A stretch of 64,000 nucleotides of DNA from assembly GCA_963710375.1 (NCBI GenBank), contig CAVPZX010000008.1, positions 96,001 through 160,000 of the forward strand. Direction: 5' to 3'. The notes under the pieces are model-generated. The model was not told where the DNA came from, did not search any database, and saw only the letters and a program-made list of their open reading frames with translations. The position numbers and the translations under genes are program-made. How positions within the stretch are numbered: the stretch's first letter is position 1; each line of letters opens with the position of its first letter. Of the stretch, positions 61,651-64,000 are shown piece after piece. The DNA is from Nitrospirota bacterium. Lineage in GTDB: Bacteria; Nitrospirota; Thermodesulfovibrionia; Thermodesulfovibrionales; Dissulfurispiraceae.

Positions 61651-62414
61651 CACCATATAATATCCTCAAGGTTGAAGACAGGACCCTCTTTACACACCCG
61701 TTTTTGTCCGGTAACGGTCTTCACCATGCAGCCGAGACATGCGCCTATGCCACATGCCATATGCTCTTCGAGGGATGCACAACATTTGAGTCCCGCGGCA
61801 CGCGCCATCTGAGAGAGTTCCTTAAGCATTGGAGTCGGACCGCATGAATAAATAGGCAATGCACTATGAGTGATGCGTGATTCTCCGATAAAGTCTCCCA
61901 CCGCACAGGTCACGCATCCCTTTAGTCCATCAGACCCGTTATCAGTTGTGATAAAAATCTTCTTCGATAATTCCCGGGCCTCTTCAAGCATGACCAGTTC
62001 ATCACTTTTCATCGCACCATAAAATAAATATGCACGATTTTTATATTTCCGCATAAATGGAAGCAAGGAGGCAATGCCTATCCCGCCGGCAACCGCAATA
62101 AAGTCCCCTTGAGGCTCGGGGTAGCTGTTTCCCAGAGGCCCGATAACCTGGAGCATGTCACCCTCTCTGAGTTGAGAAAGCGACAAGGTCCCTTTTCCGC
62201 GGATCCGGTAAAGGAAGCTCAAATGGTTCTGCCGCATACTGTAAATACTAAAAGGCCTTTTTAAAAGCGGATCGCAGGCGGTGCCGGTCTGTATCATATA
62301 GAATTGGCCAGGCTGGGGGACAATGATCTCTGACAAAGCCCGCAGCGTCAGAAGCTTGAAATGGGTGTTCTGTGAGGTGTTGCCGACAATCTCAGAAGTG
62401 AAAAATTTATACAA
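61650..62414 (-). CDS. pyrK: Dihydroorotate dehydrogenase electron transfer subunit
   Basis: RPFSI, GPLGN, AGGIG, CGP, MACGIGACLGC...CKEGPVF motifs. Confidence 0.95.
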   Translation of the reverse strand: MYKFFTSEIVGNTSQNTHFKLLTLRALSEIIVPQPGQFYMIQTGTACDPLLKRPFSIYSMRQNHLSFLYRIRGKGTLSLSQLREGDMLQVIGPLGNSYPEPQGDFIAVAGGIGIASLLPFMRKYKNRAYLFYGAMKSDELVMLEEARELSKKIFITTDNGSDGLKGCVTCAVGDFIGESRITHSALPIYSCGPTPMLKELSQMARAAGLKCCASLEEHMACGIGACLGCMVKTVTGQKRVCKEGPVFNLEDIIW

Positions 62415-62880
62415 AAGTTATCTCTACGATCTCGTATTCAATACTCCGCGCAGGCGCCTTGACCACAGCAGTATCGCCTACCTCTTTGCCGATCAGCGCC
62501 CTGCCGACGGGAGAACTTATCGATATCTTTCCGCTCTTGACATCCGCCTCGTCAGGACCTACGAGTATGAACTCATACTCTTCATCAGCCCCTGTATCAA
62601 ACACCTTGACCTTTGCGCCAAAGGCCACCCTTGATTGGGTTATCTTTGAGGTATCGATGACATCGGCCATAGCCAACTTGCCCTGGAGCTCCTGGATACG
62701 ACCTTCAATAAACGATTGCCGTTCCTTGGCAGCGTGGTACTCGGCGTTCTCCGATAAGTCACCGTGGGCCCGTGCTTCCGCTATGTCCTTTATGTTTTTC
62801 GGCCTGTCTTCTTTTAACAACTTGCCGAGTTCTTCCTTCATCTTCTGATATCCATCAGGTGTCATTGGCATTCGGACCAT
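62407..62880 (-). CDS. greA: Transcription elongation factor GreA
   Basis: HGDLSENAEYHAAKE and SPVGRAL motifs. Confidence 0.97.
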   Translation of the reverse strand: MVRMPMTPDGYQKMKEELGKLLKEDRPKNIKDIAEARAHGDLSENAEYHAAKERQSFIEGRIQELQGKLAMADVIDTSKITQSRVAFGAKVKVFDTGADEEYEFILVGPDEADVKSGKISISSPVGRALIGKEVGDTAVVKAPARSIEYEIVEITFV

Positions 62881-63060
62881 CTATAGTTGATTCCTCCTTG
62901 AACACAGAGTTTTCTCTGCACACGTAATTTAAGATAACATGTTTAGACAGTTTTTTCAAAAAGCGCCTTCGGCAAACTTGCGCTCAGCATTGAGCTTTGG
63001 GTAACAAAGGCTAATTGCTCTCGGGCGGAAAAACAGCACTGCCCATGCCTTTAACGCATT

Positions 63061-63525
63061 TTATGAAGAACTTTTTTGAGGCAGGACCGGCATGGGGGTA
63101 TTGAAATCATACCTTTCGTCATCCATGAGAATTTGTGCTGCGTGGTAATTAGCAATATTTATAACAATCGGGCACCTGAGGTTGGCCGTAATGACGTTGT
63201 TCGCAACACATAGAATGGCAAAGATTACTACATCAGAAGGTCCCTTAATCCCGAGGAACAACTCTTCATCATCCTTTATATCCACGGAATAAGAAGGAAA
63301 AACTATAAATGGATTGATAACGATAAAAGCCACATCGGGATCATCCACCGCATGGAGCCATTTTATCGGGTCCTTGTGTTCGATCAGGACAAACCGTTTT
63401 AATTCCCTGAACCCGGGTATCCCCATAGGGAAGGTAATAATTTTTTTCTCGTCAATCTCAATTTCACCGAATCTTGTTGTAATAATTTTCACCTTTACCT
63501 CGCAATAAATTTGTTCAGCACTCAT
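63061..63525 (-). CDS. fliW: Flagellar assembly factor FliW
   Basis: TTRFGEI, FPMGIPGF, TANLRCPIVIN motifs; next to csrA. Confidence 0.93.
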   Translation of the reverse strand: MSAEQIYCEVKVKIITTRFGEIEIDEKKIITFPMGIPGFRELKRFVLIEHKDPIKWLHAVDDPDVAFIVINPFIVFPSYSVDIKDDEELFLGIKGPSDVVIFAILCVANNVITANLRCPIVINIANYHAAQILMDDERYDFNTPMPVLPQKSSS

Positions 63526-63743
63526 TGTTCGCCAAGAAAATGTTTAAGTCTGTCCATATCCATTTTCGCCGATTCCTTGTTCAATTGCTTGAGCTTCTCG
63601 TAGAGTTCCTCCCGGAATATCGGCAACTCCCTGGGGGCCTCGATACCAAGCTTGACCATACCGTTTCCAACGTCAACGATCTTGATCCGTATGTCATCAC
63701 CTATGTTAATTATCTGTCCCGTCTTGCGGGTGAGAACAAGCAT
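63522..63743 (-). CDS. csrA: Carbon storage regulator CsrA
   Basis: MLVLTRK...IGDDI...LGIEAP...REEL. Confidence 0.96.
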   Translation of the reverse strand: MLVLTRKTGQIINIGDDIRIKIVDVGNGMVKLGIEAPRELPIFREELYEKLKQLNKESAKMDMDRLKHFLGEQ

Positions 63744-63762
63744 TCATCCCTCAGCTCAAAAA

Positions 63763-64000
63763 TCAAGCAGGCTTAATAAAATCAAAGAGACTTTGATTCA
63801 AAACATCTACTGTAATAGTCCGCAGCGCCTGCAGCGCGGTTTGCTTCAGCGACAGGTCGCTGGTGACCGCGGCAAGGTCCGTATCCTGGGTATTGGCCAA
63901 AAACCCCTGGATATCAGTCTGACTGCTCGTCTGCTGAGCGCTTTCAGTGTTGACTTCGTCCTCCGTAGCGCCGATTTTCGACTGAGTCTGAGATACAACA
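63763..64000 (-). CDS. flgL: Flagellar hook-associated protein FlgL, 3' part
   Basis: Own translation ...QDTDLAAVTSDLSLKQTALQAL...QSLFDFIKPA*; flgL-csrA-fliW gene order. Confidence 0.85.
   Translation of the reverse strand, partial: VVSQTQSKIGATEDEVNTESAQQTSSQTDIQGFLANTQDTDLAAVTSDLSLKQTALQALRTITVDVLNQSLFDFIKPA

Noticed and set aside
57449..61656. Short ORFs at 57449-57640, 57489-57728, 59458-59808 and 61405-61656
   Set aside because: Translations of family A elements; no transposase motifs.
62950..63070. c-di-GMP riboswitch or element between fliW and greA
   Set aside because: GGCAAAC is present, but I cannot find the GNRA loop/receptor or second stem; inverted ends are weak.
1..64000. tRNA, rRNA, transposase, integrase or prophage genes
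   Set aside because: None recognised; any enzyme mobilising the elements must be encoded elsewhere or lost.

Overview
Mostly housekeeping bacterial chromosome. The gene set and style suggest Nitrospirota (Thermodesulfovibrionia-like); this is inference. Genes in order: pstSCAB with a Pho box, glgP, thiD, radA, a lipoprotein, citrate synthase, ParA-TauE, an MFS transporter, fabG-acpP-fabF(frameshifted)-rnc, yajQ, leuB, a ligand-binding protein plus MCP, hypC, argS, a split KdpD-like sensor with kinase and sigma54 regulator, two M1 aminopeptidases, icd, a peptidase-like/PLL-lectin propeller fusion, a vapBC pair with an interrupted toxin, ribD-ubiD-ndk-mdh-fabD-etfAB-acpS-pdxJ, nrdJ, a TPP-riboswitch thiSGEC operon, pyrK/pyrD, greA, fliW-csrA-flgL. 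The most unusual feature is a dense set of non-coding palindromic elements: nine MITE-like elements of 160-250 bp in several families, plus hexamer- and heptamer-repeat hairpins, with no transposase in the window. Their arms pair perfectly or almost perfectly within a copy but differ between copies of the same family. Two head-to-head copies at 10768-11145 share an invariant core around a variable ~46-nt segment. A ~35-40-bp hairpin sits inside three larger elements at different positions. One element duplicated the pyrK/pyrD stop-start overlap so both genes survive, one knocked out vapC, and several supply gene ends or an RBS. Other candidates are a sigma28-driven 27-aa basic peptide and a CruR/CutF-like leader protein.
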